From assembly GCA_963667015.2 (NCBI GenBank), contig CAXXJJ010000004.1, positions 672,001-736,000 of the forward strand: DNA of 64,000 nt, given 5' to 3'. Under the pieces are notes generated by a model, which was given only the letters and a program-made list of their open reading frames with translations, was not told the DNA's origin and did no database searches. The first letter of the stretch is position 1. Every line of letters starts with the position of its first letter. Below, piece after piece: positions 9,830 to 19,491 of the stretch. This DNA comes from Desulfatiglandales bacterium (GTDB lineage: Bacteria; Desulfobacterota; DSM-4660; Desulfatiglandales; HGW-15). The position numbers and the translations under genes are program-made.

Positions 9830-10576
9830 TTGAGAATTTTAATAGCAATAGACGACACTGATAACCTTGAAACACCCGGGACAGGCCATCTCGCCTCAGC
9901 CCTTTCAGATCTGCTGGAAGAAAAGGGACTGGGCAAAGGAAGCCCTGTCACCCGTCATCAGCTCTATGTTCACCCTGACATACCATATACATCACATAAC
10001 AGCTCCATGTGCTTTGAGGCGGAAATAAATAAAGAAAATTTAGATTACGTTACAGATTTATGTAAGAACTTTCTGTTAAAGGAAAGCGCGCCTGGTTCGG
10101 ATCCGGGTCTCTGTGTTGTGGATATTGATTCGCTTGGCGCAAAGGATATTCTTATAGAGTATGGCAGAAAGGCCAAAAATACAGTTCTTAATAAAAAAAT
10201 AGCCTATGACCTTGCTTCATCCCTTAACATTCACCTTTCAGAACATGGCGGAACCGGAGACGGTATAATCGGTGCCCTGGCAGGAACAGGGTTGAGATTG
10301 TCAGGAAATGACGGCCGCCTTAAAGGGCATTTTTTGATCGGCGATGTCAATTCAACACTGCCGGTTAAAGAGGTCCTGAAAAAAACAGGAGCCGATATTG
10401 TCAGGACCGAAGAGGGTTATACCCTGAAGGATGACGATATAGTAAGGATCGGGAAAAAGGTAAAGGCGGTTTACCTTGATCATAGATCAGTCGTGCTGGT
10501 TTTCCCTGTTGAAGACAATGGAAATGAATGCAGGATTTGGGAGACCTGTTCAAAGGAACAGCTGAAGAAATATTAG
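9830..10576 (+). CDS. hypothetical protein with TiaS/DUF1743-like N-terminal IDDTD motif
   Basis: IAIDDTD...GTG, RHQL.VHPDIPYTSHNS, SDPGL, G.G.IGALAG; last gene of the ABC operon. Confidence 0.7.
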   Translation: MRILIAIDDTDNLETPGTGHLASALSDLLEEKGLGKGSPVTRHQLYVHPDIPYTSHNSSMCFEAEINKENLDYVTDLCKNFLLKESAPGSDPGLCVVDIDSLGAKDILIEYGRKAKNTVLNKKIAYDLASSLNIHLSEHGGTGDGIIGALAGTGLRLSGNDGRLKGHFLIGDVNSTLPVKEVLKKTGADIVRTEEGYTLKDDDIVRIGKKVKAVYLDHRSVVLVFPVEDNGNECRIWETCSKEQLKKY

Positions 10577-13316
10577 TTTCAATCCACGCCCCCGCATGGG
10601 AGGCGACAGGGTACACATTCCGATTAAATAAGGCTGATTTTGTTTCAATCCACGCCCCCGCATGGGAGGCGACTCATCGGTTTTATCCTGGACACAATCA
10701 ACTCAAAGTTTCAATCCACGCCCCCGCATGGGAGGCGACGATACAAGGGCATAGCACAAAGAGCATGGCGCAGAGTTTCAATCCACGCCCCCGCATGGGA
10801 GGCGACAATATCACAGCTAGCTGTTGAGCAGTGCGCCTGTGTTTCAATCCACGCCCCCGCATGGGAGGCGACTATCCGCTATAACGGTACAGGCAGGGCT
10901 TACGCGGGTTTCAATCCACGCCCCCGCATGGGAGGCGACTTATTAACCTTTTAAAATGGAGTGAATGAAATGGGTTTCAATCCACGCCCCCGCATGGGAG
11001 GCGACGCGGTGCGCTATAAACCATGGAGATTTTCATCATGTTTCAATCCACGCCCCCGCATGGGAGGCGACTCACTATGTATATTGTGACCGCTTTAATA
11101 TTTTTGTTTCAATCCACGCCCCCGCATGGGAGGCGACTTCTTCGCATGATAAAGCATCGCCTTAAGGAGACGTTTCAATCCACGCCCCCGCATGGGAGGC
11201 GACATCGGCGAAGTGTTACTGCGTCGAACGGAAGCCAGTTTCAATCCACGCCCCCGCATGGGAGGCGACGTCTTAACTCTTTCATCCGATACCATTATTA
11301 TTTGTTTCAATCCACGCCCCCGCATGGGAGGCGACTCTATCAGGGGTATTTGAATGAGTCAGTATATCAGTTTCAATCCACGCCCCCGCATGGGAGGCGA
11401 CCATATCTAAGTGCTCATTAACTTGATTTAAACTTGTTTCAATCCACGCCCCCGCATGGGAGGCGACTTGGTAAAAGGGCACTGGATGAAATTGTTATTG
11501 ATGTTTCAATCCACGCCCCCGCATGGGAGGCGACATAATAAGGTTTATAAATTAAATGCTTCAGAAATGTTTCAATCCACGCCCCCGCATGGGAGGCGAC
11601 AAAAATCCTCTATAAAAGATATATTCATTGTTATGTTTCAATCCACGCCCCCGCATGGGAGGCGACTTTTATTTATTGATGCAGCAAGCTCCTTGATAGG
11701 TTTCAATCCACGCCCCCGCATGGGAGGCGACTATAATCATCTATTGATAATGGTTTATCAGGACTGTTTCAATCCACGCCCCCGCATGGGAGGCGACCCA
11801 TTCCTTACATCAAGAACAATTGAGGCAATGGGTTTCAATCCACGCCCCCGCATGGGAGGCGACTGGTTACTTTGAAGGACAAACACCTGATAAGGATGTT
11901 TCAATCCACGCCCCCGCATGGGAGGCGACAAAGAAAGACGTGGTACAATTAAAGAATGTATATGTTTCAATCCACGCCCCCGCATGGGAGGCGACCTTTA
12001 AAACCTAATCAAGAAGAGCGTATAGTGTGTTTCAATCCACGCCCCCGCATGGGAGGCGACTAATAAGAAAAAGAAATTTATAATAAGTGATAAGTTTCAA
12101 TCCACGCCCCCGCATGGGAGGCGACAATAATGGATTGGTATTCACATATAGGACGATTTGTTTCAATCCACGCCCCCGCATGGGAGGCGACTAAATAACG
12201 GAGCAGCTGTTTCTCTTGCTATAATGTTTCAATCCACGCCCCCGCATGGGAGGCGACCCCCATTGATAAGCATATTCAATCCATCTGGCATGTTTCAATC
12301 CACGCCCCCGCATGGGAGGCGACAGTGGAGATTTATGGAACACTCTGTATGGAGTGTGTTTCAATCCACGCCCCCGCATGGGAGGCGACCAAGGTTTGGA
12401 TTTGGGGTAATGGCGAAAGATATGTTTCAATCCACGCCCCCGCATGGGAGGCGACCGGATGTAACTCAATCTGATTTTAAAACTGTTACCGTTTCAATCC
12501 ACGCCCCCGCATGGGAGGCGACCGGAAATACTGCAACATTATATGTGAGTGATCATGTTTCAATCCACGCCCCCGCATGGGAGGCGACAAGTACACCATC
12601 GATTTAAAAAAGATCATTTAATGTTTCAATCCACGCCCCCGCATGGGAGGCGACATACGCCTCAAGAAAAAGGAAATGGAGCAGTTAAGTTTCAATCCAC
12701 GCCCCCGCATGGGAGGCGACAGGGCGCAGATATTAAACATGTCAAACATGCTATGTTTCAATCCACGCCCCCGCATGGGAGGCGACGGGTTCATAATAAC
12801 TCAGGATTAACATAGTATCCCGTTTCAATCCACGCCCCCGCATGGGAGGCGACCAGAGCCACAATGAGAGCTATATCTGAGGGTCATGTTTCAATCCACG
12901 CCCCCGCATGGGAGGCGACTCCGGAGTTACACCATAAACTGAATATGCAATCATGTTTCAATCCACGCCCCCGCATGGGAGGCGACAAATGGTATGGAGT
13001 ATGGAAATGACATGTCTAAGGTTTCAATCCACGCCCCCGCATGGGAGGCGACCCAGGAAATCGTTAAATATTGAACCACTTACCAGGTTTCAATCCACGC
13101 CCCCGCATGGGAGGCGACGCAGGAAATAAAGAAGGAAAAGCCTGTTAAAGTTGTTTCAATCCACGCCCCCGCATGGGAGGCGACTGGGTCATTATCCGGT
13201 GCAGGGTCATGGGATGATGTTTCAATCCACGCCCCCGCATGGGAGGCGACATACAAAACACATCTAAAGGATATGAGCTGAAGAGTTTCAATCCACGCCC
13301 CCGCATGGGAGGCGAC
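10576..13316 (-). CRISPR. type I-C CRISPR array: 42 repeats (GTCGCCTCCCATGCGGGGGCGTGGATTGAAAC, 32 bp) and 41 spacers of 33-35 bp
   Basis: Counted by hand; all repeats appear identical; 7-bp stem and ATTGAAAC 3' end typical of I-C; leader on the cas2 side. Confidence 0.99.
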
Positions 13317-13542
13317 TATAAGGCTACAACTAATTAAAATTATTCTTATTAAAATGCTCTTTCCGCGAACCAGTTATTTATTTACATAATACTATTCAAT
13401 TTTCAAAGAGCAATTGAGTATCTTACTGATATCTTATATATTTTTTCTTTGCGAACGCTTCTTCAGAAAAATCTTCAAAACCCTCTTCAGCCACTGCATT
13501 GCATCAATTTAAACAATTCAAGCTACAGGTTCGCGGACTGTT
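13317..13542 (-). promoter_or_regulatory. CRISPR leader
   Basis: AT-rich non-coding stretch between cas2 and the first repeat; inverted pair CCGCGAACC (13363-13371) / GGTTCGCGG (13528-13536). Confidence 0.8.
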
Positions 13543-13833
13543 TCATACAATCATAGGTTCATCAGGATCATAGGACTTTTTCATACCTACCTGTTCAACC
13601 CTCTTTCTCCAGTTTGCCCCTAAAAAATAAAATCTCAGGCTGTCTGTTTCCGGATCAATCTTATCAATCAGTTTCTGTTTTAAGGACGTCCACTGTGCCG
13701 GATCAACCTGACACTCGAATACGGAAAACTGAACCCTCTGTCCATAATCCTTGCATGTTTTTGCCACCCGCCTTAATCTACGCTGTCCTTCAGGCTCTGT
13801 TGTCGCCACATCATAACAAACTACTACAAGCAT
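13543..13833 (-). CDS. cas2: CRISPR-associated endonuclease Cas2
   Basis: MLVVVCYDV, RRLRRVAK.C..YGQRVQFSVFEC, DSLRFY. Confidence 0.96.
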   Translation of the reverse strand: MLVVVCYDVATTEPEGQRRLRRVAKTCKDYGQRVQFSVFECQVDPAQWTSLKQKLIDKIDPETDSLRFYFLGANWRKRVEQVGMKKSYDPDEPMIV

Positions 13834-13834
13834 T

Positions 13835-14866
13835 TTACCTCCAGATAAATGGAGGATACCCGTCAATATCCCCGCGTAAGTACCTTGCCATCAGCAATGC
13901 CTGGGTATAAAACAGTGTACCGATGGTTACCTTTTCATCTAAATAAGGATGGTGAATAGATTCCTGCTTTCTTTTCTGGTAGGTGGTAAGCAGTATTTTT
14001 CTTGTTTCATCATCCATCAGCACTGCACCGGATTCCATTATGGTAAAACCTTCGGCTTTCACCTGGTTAAGGTTTATCAGCGATAGGGTCAGTCGGTCTG
14101 CTAAAAATGGCCTGAACTCTTCCATCATATCAAGTGCAAGACCTGGCCTTCCGGGCCTGTCCCGATGTAAAAAACCCACTACAGGATCAAGCCCGGTTGT
14201 TTCCAGAGCTGACCTTACATCATGCATAACAATAGTATAAAGGAACGAAAGAAGACAGTTGACACGATCAAGCGGTGGTCTTCTGTTTCTTTCCTTAAAA
14301 TAAAAACTATCTTTTCGGGAAACTATTAAATGGTCAAAGGCGTTAAAATATGCCCTTGCTGCATCTCCTTCAATACCCCTTAAGGTATCAAGGGGAATGT
14401 CATCCTGGATCTGATCCAGTGAATATCCAAGTTTTTCCGCGGTCTTTTTAACTGCCTCGGCATCTATTTTGTCGGCATGGTCCCTTAAGGCCCTTTTTAA
14501 TACTGTCCGGCAATTGGCAATTTTTCCGGTCAATATTGATTTTACAATATAAGCGGTTGCATCAGGATCATCAGCCCTTCTATATTGCTCTCTCCTTAAT
14601 AATACATTCCCCGAAACCGGCCCCTGTACCCTGGCAAGAAACCTGCCATTCTCGGTCATAAAACTCACAGTCACATCTTTTTCCGCACAAAATCCCAGTA
14701 AAAAAGGGCTGCACATTACATTTCCAAAACAGATTATTCCGCCTATTGTATGGATCGGCAGCCTGAGTCTGTTTTCTTTTTCTACACTTACAACTACTGT
14801 TTCGCCCTCTTTAAAAAGATATGCCCCCTGCGTTGTAACAAACAGCGTATTCAGATGTTTTTTCAT
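13835..14866 (-). CDS. cas1: type I-C Cas1
   Basis: MKKHLNTLFVTTQG, LRGIEG.AA..YF, R.RRPP.D..N..LSF.Y, GFLH.DRPGR..LALD.MEEFR, YPPF.WR. Confidence 0.97.
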   Translation of the reverse strand: MKKHLNTLFVTTQGAYLFKEGETVVVSVEKENRLRLPIHTIGGIICFGNVMCSPFLLGFCAEKDVTVSFMTENGRFLARVQGPVSGNVLLRREQYRRADDPDATAYIVKSILTGKIANCRTVLKRALRDHADKIDAEAVKKTAEKLGYSLDQIQDDIPLDTLRGIEGDAARAYFNAFDHLIVSRKDSFYFKERNRRPPLDRVNCLLSFLYTIVMHDVRSALETTGLDPVVGFLHRDRPGRPGLALDMMEEFRPFLADRLTLSLINLNQVKAEGFTIMESGAVLMDDETRKILLTTYQKRKQESIHHPYLDEKVTIGTLFYTQALLMARYLRGDIDGYPPFIWR

Positions 14867-14868
14867 TT

Positions 14869-15534
14869 TTAGTACACCGTTTCCTTTAAATAATTTTTTA
14901 CCTTTCTGGCACTGTCCATAGTCTTTGGCAGACAAAGTTCGTACATGGAACAGTTGTCACATTTTTTGATGTATACAGCCTTAGGTGTTATTCCGCTTGC
15001 CACAAGTTCATGAAACTGTTTTGCTATATTCCGGGTAGCGGATCTTAATTCTTCATCAAAAGTTACATTCTGACGCCTTCGGGTTTTCCCGTAAAATATT
15101 GCGCCTTTACTTATTTCCACCTGAAGCATCTCTTCAAGGCACATTGCCTGGGCGCATAGCTGCACGTGATCCGAATTATCCTTTTTAGGCTTGCCATGCT
15201 TATACTCAACAGGAAAAGGTATCCACTCTGCGGATATGCCTTTTACAGCATTATCAATCCTGTGAAACTCAACAACATCCGCCTTGGCAATCAATCCCAG
15301 TTTTAATGAACGCAAAGGCAGTGCATATTCGTACCTTACATTCCCTCTTGACTCGCTTCCCCCTTCATGCACCTTATCGTGCATAATCCTTCCTTCGGCG
15401 GTCAGGCGGTTCTCGGCCCATGCCTGCTCTATGTGGATAAGCGCTGTCTGCCTTTTACAGAATATAAAGTGCTGCAATCCTGAAAGCGGCAGAAGATCAT
15501 CTTCGGAATATGCTATTTGCTCCGGTTGTTCCAT
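14869..15534 (-). CDS. cas4: Cas4
   Basis: LQH..FC.RQ..LIH.EQ.W.EN, ADVVEF, PVEYK.G, QLCAQA.CLEEM, C..CS....C Fe-S ligands. Confidence 0.96.
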   Translation of the reverse strand: MEQPEQIAYSEDDLLPLSGLQHFIFCKRQTALIHIEQAWAENRLTAEGRIMHDKVHEGGSESRGNVRYEYALPLRSLKLGLIAKADVVEFHRIDNAVKGISAEWIPFPVEYKHGKPKKDNSDHVQLCAQAMCLEEMLQVEISKGAIFYGKTRRRQNVTFDEELRSATRNIAKQFHELVASGITPKAVYIKKCDNCSMYELCLPKTMDSARKVKNYLKETVY

Positions 15535-16100
15535 TGTCTTGCCTTTGTCCTTGTGCGGTAAAGCCTTTCTGTAAAACCGCCTTCATTGATAAAATCCTTT
15601 TCAAGGGTCCTCAACTGCCGATTAAGCAGGTAGTTGGTCTGGTGGATCACACTGATGACATTGTTGGCGGCTACTTCAGGAGAGCATTCTTCAACATAGG
15701 GCTTATAAGTCTTATAAGACCTATTCATTTCATAGCACAACCCACGAACTTTTTTTGCCATAGGATGGTCTTTATCCCAGAGGGGTAAATCTTTCTGTCT
15801 TAGAAAGTCCTCGTAATCCAGGAGCAGTTCTTCAAGGCTTGCCCTTGCAACGTTAACAAGTTTTAGCTCTGTCTTTTTAGAAGTACCGCTTGCCATACAG
15901 CCTTCGGCAATGTTCTGTTTTCCGCTTCTTGCCGCCTGCACCATCTGATCATGGGTGCGGGAAAACTTTGAGATAAATCTGTCACAGAAGGCCACAGTGG
16001 CATCATAGACAATCTCGGACATCTGGTAGGATTTCAAATCACGGTATCCGCCATGGGCCGGGATGAGGCCCGGTGATTTAATGTCTTTTTGATCGGGCAT
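15513..16100 (-). CDS. four-helix-bundle (IVP/Avd-like) protein with C-terminal suffix domain
   Basis: GGYRDL.SYQ, RT.DQMVQAARSGKQNIAEG, TELKL.NVARASLEELLLDYEDFL, EGGF.ERLY; AGAGG RBS before ATG 16100; 3' end overlaps the cas4 start. Confidence 0.85.
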   Translation of the reverse strand: MPDQKDIKSPGLIPAHGGYRDLKSYQMSEIVYDATVAFCDRFISKFSRTHDQMVQAARSGKQNIAEGCMASGTSKKTELKLVNVARASLEELLLDYEDFLRQKDLPLWDKDHPMAKKVRGLCYEMNRSYKTYKPYVEECSPEVAANNVISVIHQTNYLLNRQLRTLEKDFINEGGFTERLYRTRTKARQWNNRSK

Positions 16101-16218
16101 GTTTTCCTCTTTTGTATTAAAATACATGCTATTTGGGGAAAGCCATATTTCAGCTATTGTCTTTTAATTCAGCAGGTTACATTTTTAATAATTGCTATTT
16201 GGTGGAAATGCCAAGATT

Positions 16219-16368
16219 GATGGACTCGCAAAAAGTCGAATAATCGTTATAACCCAAAAAATCGAGTCTCCTATTTCCCTCAGAATCGACGATTACATGA
16301 TTAGACATGGGTTAAAGGCCATCAAAATAGTATTCTTTTTGCTGACGCTGACTTTTTGCGAGATCATC
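16219..16368. mobile_element. MITE (150 bp) with 19-bp terminal inverted repeats and 6-bp target-site duplication
   Basis: GATGGACTCGCAAAAAGTC ... GACTTTTTGCGAGATCATC (17/19 complementary); AAGATT at both 16213-16218 and 16369-16374; no transposase. Confidence 0.85.
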
Positions 16369-16578
16369 AAGATTAGCATTTTCGCCAAATGATGTAATTT
16401 CAATAACTTACTTCATATCAGCCAAAATTCGTCTTGATTTCACAACTTTTAGTTCACCCAAATATCTTCCGGTTTATTTTGAATTTTTAACAAAATCCCT
16501 CCATAAATCCCCCGACATCTGACAGGATTGCAGATCCCTATACCCGCCGTGAGGCAGGATAAGTTTTGGGGGATAGCA

Positions 16579-17502
16579 TTACTTGTAAAGTTTTTGTAAC
16601 GCCTCACCCTCCAGGGGATAAAGTTCTTCTGGTTCAAGGCCTTTTAAACTTTCCTTCAGTTTATCGGAATCATATGTCCCGTCTTTATTCACGTCCAAAA
16701 GTTCACGTAAAGCCCTGTGAACTCGAGATGAGGAATATTGACCACTTGGACTATTGTGCTGCCACCAGATCACCTTCAAAACTTCCATGCTACCTTCAGG
16801 ACGAGCGGAAGAAACGTCATTGACGAATAGTGTCTGCAACGCCAATTTAATTTTCCCGGCATCATCATCCGAAAAGCCCGTCTTACCAGCCAACTGGGTA
16901 TTGATTGCGCCATAGGTTACGTAGATTCCTTTATCAACGCGGTGCTTCATCCCCATGGTGTCAGCCCCTTTTTTATCAGGATTTTTCTCGGTTTCGAGAT
17001 TAACGCTCTTGGTAATTTGCAAACTATCCGGTGTAATCGGCTCGATACTGAACGCGCTTTGAATGGTTACTGGACCGCGAATTCCAATCGACACCGCATC
17101 TGAATCCTCATCTTTATTCCCTTTGAATGCAAAAACTTGTCCGAATGCCCGCACGTCAAACCACTCCTTGGGGGCATTGTTTCTTTCATCAACTGATTCG
17201 ATTTCATTATCCTCGACTTCCTTTTTCCACCTATCCAAAGCGGCTTTGAATCGGTCATTAAGTGAACGAAATTCATCCCCTGGAGCCCGATTATCGTCCG
17301 ACTGAACAAAAATGGATTCACCCATATCCTGCAGCCGATTGCGGATTTTACGTTTGAGACAAACATCCGAAATTTCGCCGTGGCCATCGTAAGTTTGGCG
17401 TGGGCGGTTTCCATTCAGCGGATCTCCGTTCGGATTCGCCCGGTTCACGGAAATAATTACCGCGAAATCAATCTTGTTATTGAGTACCTTACTGTCCGTC
17501 AT
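16579..17502 (-). CDS. cas7: type I-C Cas7/Csd2
   Basis: NPNGDP, SDVCLKRKIRN, WFDVRAFGQV, IRGPV, TMGMKH, SSARPEGSMEV. Confidence 0.95.
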   Translation of the reverse strand: MTDSKVLNNKIDFAVIISVNRANPNGDPLNGNRPRQTYDGHGEISDVCLKRKIRNRLQDMGESIFVQSDDNRAPGDEFRSLNDRFKAALDRWKKEVEDNEIESVDERNNAPKEWFDVRAFGQVFAFKGNKDEDSDAVSIGIRGPVTIQSAFSIEPITPDSLQITKSVNLETEKNPDKKGADTMGMKHRVDKGIYVTYGAINTQLAGKTGFSDDDAGKIKLALQTLFVNDVSSARPEGSMEVLKVIWWQHNSPSGQYSSSRVHRALRELLDVNKDGTYDSDKLKESLKGLEPEELYPLEGEALQKLYK

Positions 17503-17908
17503 TGTTATCCTCCTGGTTGTTTAGATCGTTTGATTGTTTTTTCTTTTCAGCAGCAGCCTTAACCAAACTATCGATATAGGCGCGTTCATGGTAATAGCCA
17601 ATTAGATACGAACCGTTCAACGACGTATCTTTTTCATAATCACCCGTTTTAAACTGATTCATCACAGCTTGAATTTCATTAAACGCAAATCCGCCTTTCA
17701 CCATTTGAATATAAGGGTTAAGGCAGCTGTGAATGGTCTGCCATGTCCTAAAGGGACGCTGGGCAAAGGTTTGCATATGCCGTATCGCAGCGGTGATCAC
17801 ACGGTCGTTATCCTTTTTGTATAGGGCGTATTCCTCCAGCTTGTCTGCCGCGCCAAGCAATCTGCCATAAAGGTAGTTACGGTCGTTTCTGTCGAGTTCA
17901 ATGCTCAA
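17489..17908 (-). CDS. cas11: probable Cas11 translated from an internal in-frame start in cas8c (139 aa)
   Basis: GAGGAGG (17923-17917) 8 nt before an in-frame TTG at 17908, just ahead of LD......YLYGRL; internal Cas11 translation is established for I-C. Confidence 0.7.
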   Translation of the reverse strand: MSIELDRNDRNYLYGRLLGAADKLEEYALYKKDNDRVITAAIRHMQTFAQRPFRTWQTIHSCLNPYIQMVKGGFAFNEIQAVMNQFKTGDYEKDTSLNGSYLIGYYHERAYIDSLVKAAAEKKKQSNDLNNQEDNNDGQ

Positions 17909-19489
17909 TTGATAGTCCTCCTCTTTACGTTGTTGAAAATCCTTACGCACCAACGCACATGCTGTTGATGTGATTTGTTCAAAACCATTTCGGTCAAATT
18001 TGCCATTTTTTGTAATTGCCAACGGATTGGAGGCCCGCCGCACAGCTGCTACCACATAATCCTTCGGCAAAAACGCGCCATCAAAAACACAGCGCAGCAA
18101 CCGTTCCCGTGCCGCTTTTTTGATTTTAGTATAGCTTTCATCCTTGGTTCCCCGTGGCTTGCCGTAAACTGCCTCGATGATCTTATCAACGGACGGCGCA
18201 CCGATGTAGGGGATATATTTCTCAGCTACTTTGTCCCAGAACTTTTGATGCCATTTACAGAAGCTATGCCAGTCAGCGACTCTTTCAAGATATTCGTTTC
18301 TGTCAAGTTCGCGGTAAAATGTGATAGACAATCGGCCCGTTGTAGCTGCATCCAGTGCAATCAATGCCGTTTTGGCATGTTGATTCAACGCCTGACCATG
18401 TCCAAATCCCCCAAGGGCTTTTCTCAATGCGTCAGCATAATCAGAGCCAGTTTCGGCGCGAAGGTCGATCCGGATGTCACTCTCTGTTTGCACCGTGTTG
18501 TTTTGCAACAGAGCCCAAATACTTTTGTCTTCAATCGGAGGTGGTAAGAGTTTTTCCATAGAACCAATCGTAAAAGACAAGATCACCTGTTCGCCGCAGT
18601 AGTATCCTCGATCATTGATGAGATACCGCAAAAACTGGTGCGCCTTCTGGGACGTCTCATATCCAATGGAGACTGCTTCGGAAGAATCGCTGAATTTTCC
18701 TCGAAACGTGTAATTCGTCTTATCATTATCGGAAACAAGCTTTGAGTTTCCGGAAGCGTTGGAAATCTTTTTTGGGTGTGACGTGGTAGTGAGTTGCTCC
18801 ACGCCTGAAACATAGTCCAACGCAATCTTTTCCTGCAGCTTCGTATCTTCTTTTAATTTTTTCTTTTCAGCAGATAGCAACTTTTTCTTGTCGGCCAACT
18901 CATCTTCAGCTCGTTTTTTTCTTTCAGCCAACTTCCCCTTTTCGGCCAAATAATATTGATGCCACGTACTGAAAAGCGTCTCGTCTTCCCAAGCTTTTGT
19001 TTGCTGATTACCGGGCATTTCTACCTGAAAAATGATGTTCGTTTTATCTTTCAGTTTCATTCCCGACAGATTAGAAGCGATAGTTCCTTTCGAAACATAT
19101 TGATAGATAGCTTTTATTTGTTCTGTTGCGAATTCAAAATCAGAAAATTTTTTAAGCTGCTCGATGTAAGCATCATATTTTTTGCCGTCTCCCTTTAAAT
19201 ACCCATACTGGTCAAAAACCGGATGCGGTGCAACACCACTTGAACGACCCAAACTTTCTTCAGTAACCGGAATTTTGATATTGACAAGAGGATTCCCAGG
19301 ATTTTTTTTGGTTGGGTTTGTCTTCTTTTCGATTTTCTCAGAACGAACAAATTTTCCATTTCCATCAATAACGATAACGGCAATAATATCGCTGTTGTTG
19401 GAAATGGATGTCGTCGAAAGCGGATACATATTTTTCAACGCATCAGCATTCATGTCATAACTGTCCGCTAAATGTTGCCAGAATCCCAT
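17489..19489 (-). CDS. cas8c: type I-C Cas8c/Csd1
   Basis: P.TEES.GRSS...PHP..D...Y, KLVS.ND...YTFRG.F, SQKAH..L..LI, LD.AT.GRLSI..Y, YLYGRLL; lies between cas5 and cas7. Confidence 0.92.
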   Translation of the reverse strand: MGFWQHLADSYDMNADALKNMYPLSTTSISNNSDIIAVIVIDGNGKFVRSEKIEKKTNPTKKNPGNPLVNIKIPVTEESLGRSSGVAPHPVFDQYGYLKGDGKKYDAYIEQLKKFSDFEFATEQIKAIYQYVSKGTIASNLSGMKLKDKTNIIFQVEMPGNQQTKAWEDETLFSTWHQYYLAEKGKLAERKKRAEDELADKKKLLSAEKKKLKEDTKLQEKIALDYVSGVEQLTTTSHPKKISNASGNSKLVSDNDKTNYTFRGKFSDSSEAVSIGYETSQKAHQFLRYLINDRGYYCGEQVILSFTIGSMEKLLPPPIEDKSIWALLQNNTVQTESDIRIDLRAETGSDYADALRKALGGFGHGQALNQHAKTALIALDAATTGRLSITFYRELDRNEYLERVADWHSFCKWHQKFWDKVAEKYIPYIGAPSVDKIIEAVYGKPRGTKDESYTKIKKAARERLLRCVFDGAFLPKDYVVAAVRRASNPLAITKNGKFDRNGFEQITSTACALVRKDFQQRKEEDYQLSIELDRNDRNYLYGRLLGAADKLEEYALYKKDNDRVITAAIRHMQTFAQRPFRTWQTIHSCLNPYIQMVKGGFAFNEIQAVMNQFKTGDYEKDTSLNGSYLIGYYHERAYIDSLVKAAAEKKKQSNDLNNQEDNNDGQ

Positions 19490-19491
19490 TA

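Noticed and set aside
12275..12283. TTCAATCCA inside a spacer, identical to part of the repeat
   Set aside because: Only 9 nt, and the spacer length is normal; compatible with chance
10401..12815. Many 60-150 aa ORFs with repeating VSIHAPAWEAT / FQSTPPHGRR / SPPMRGRGLK
   Set aside because: Translations of the CRISPR repeats, not genes
16192..16637. Short ORFs 16192-16392 (+) and 16449-16637 (-) as anti-CRISPR or toxin genes; possible mini-array (CreTA-like)
   Set aside because: The first ORF spans the MITE, neither has a clear RBS or motif, and no convincing degenerate CRISPR repeat was found
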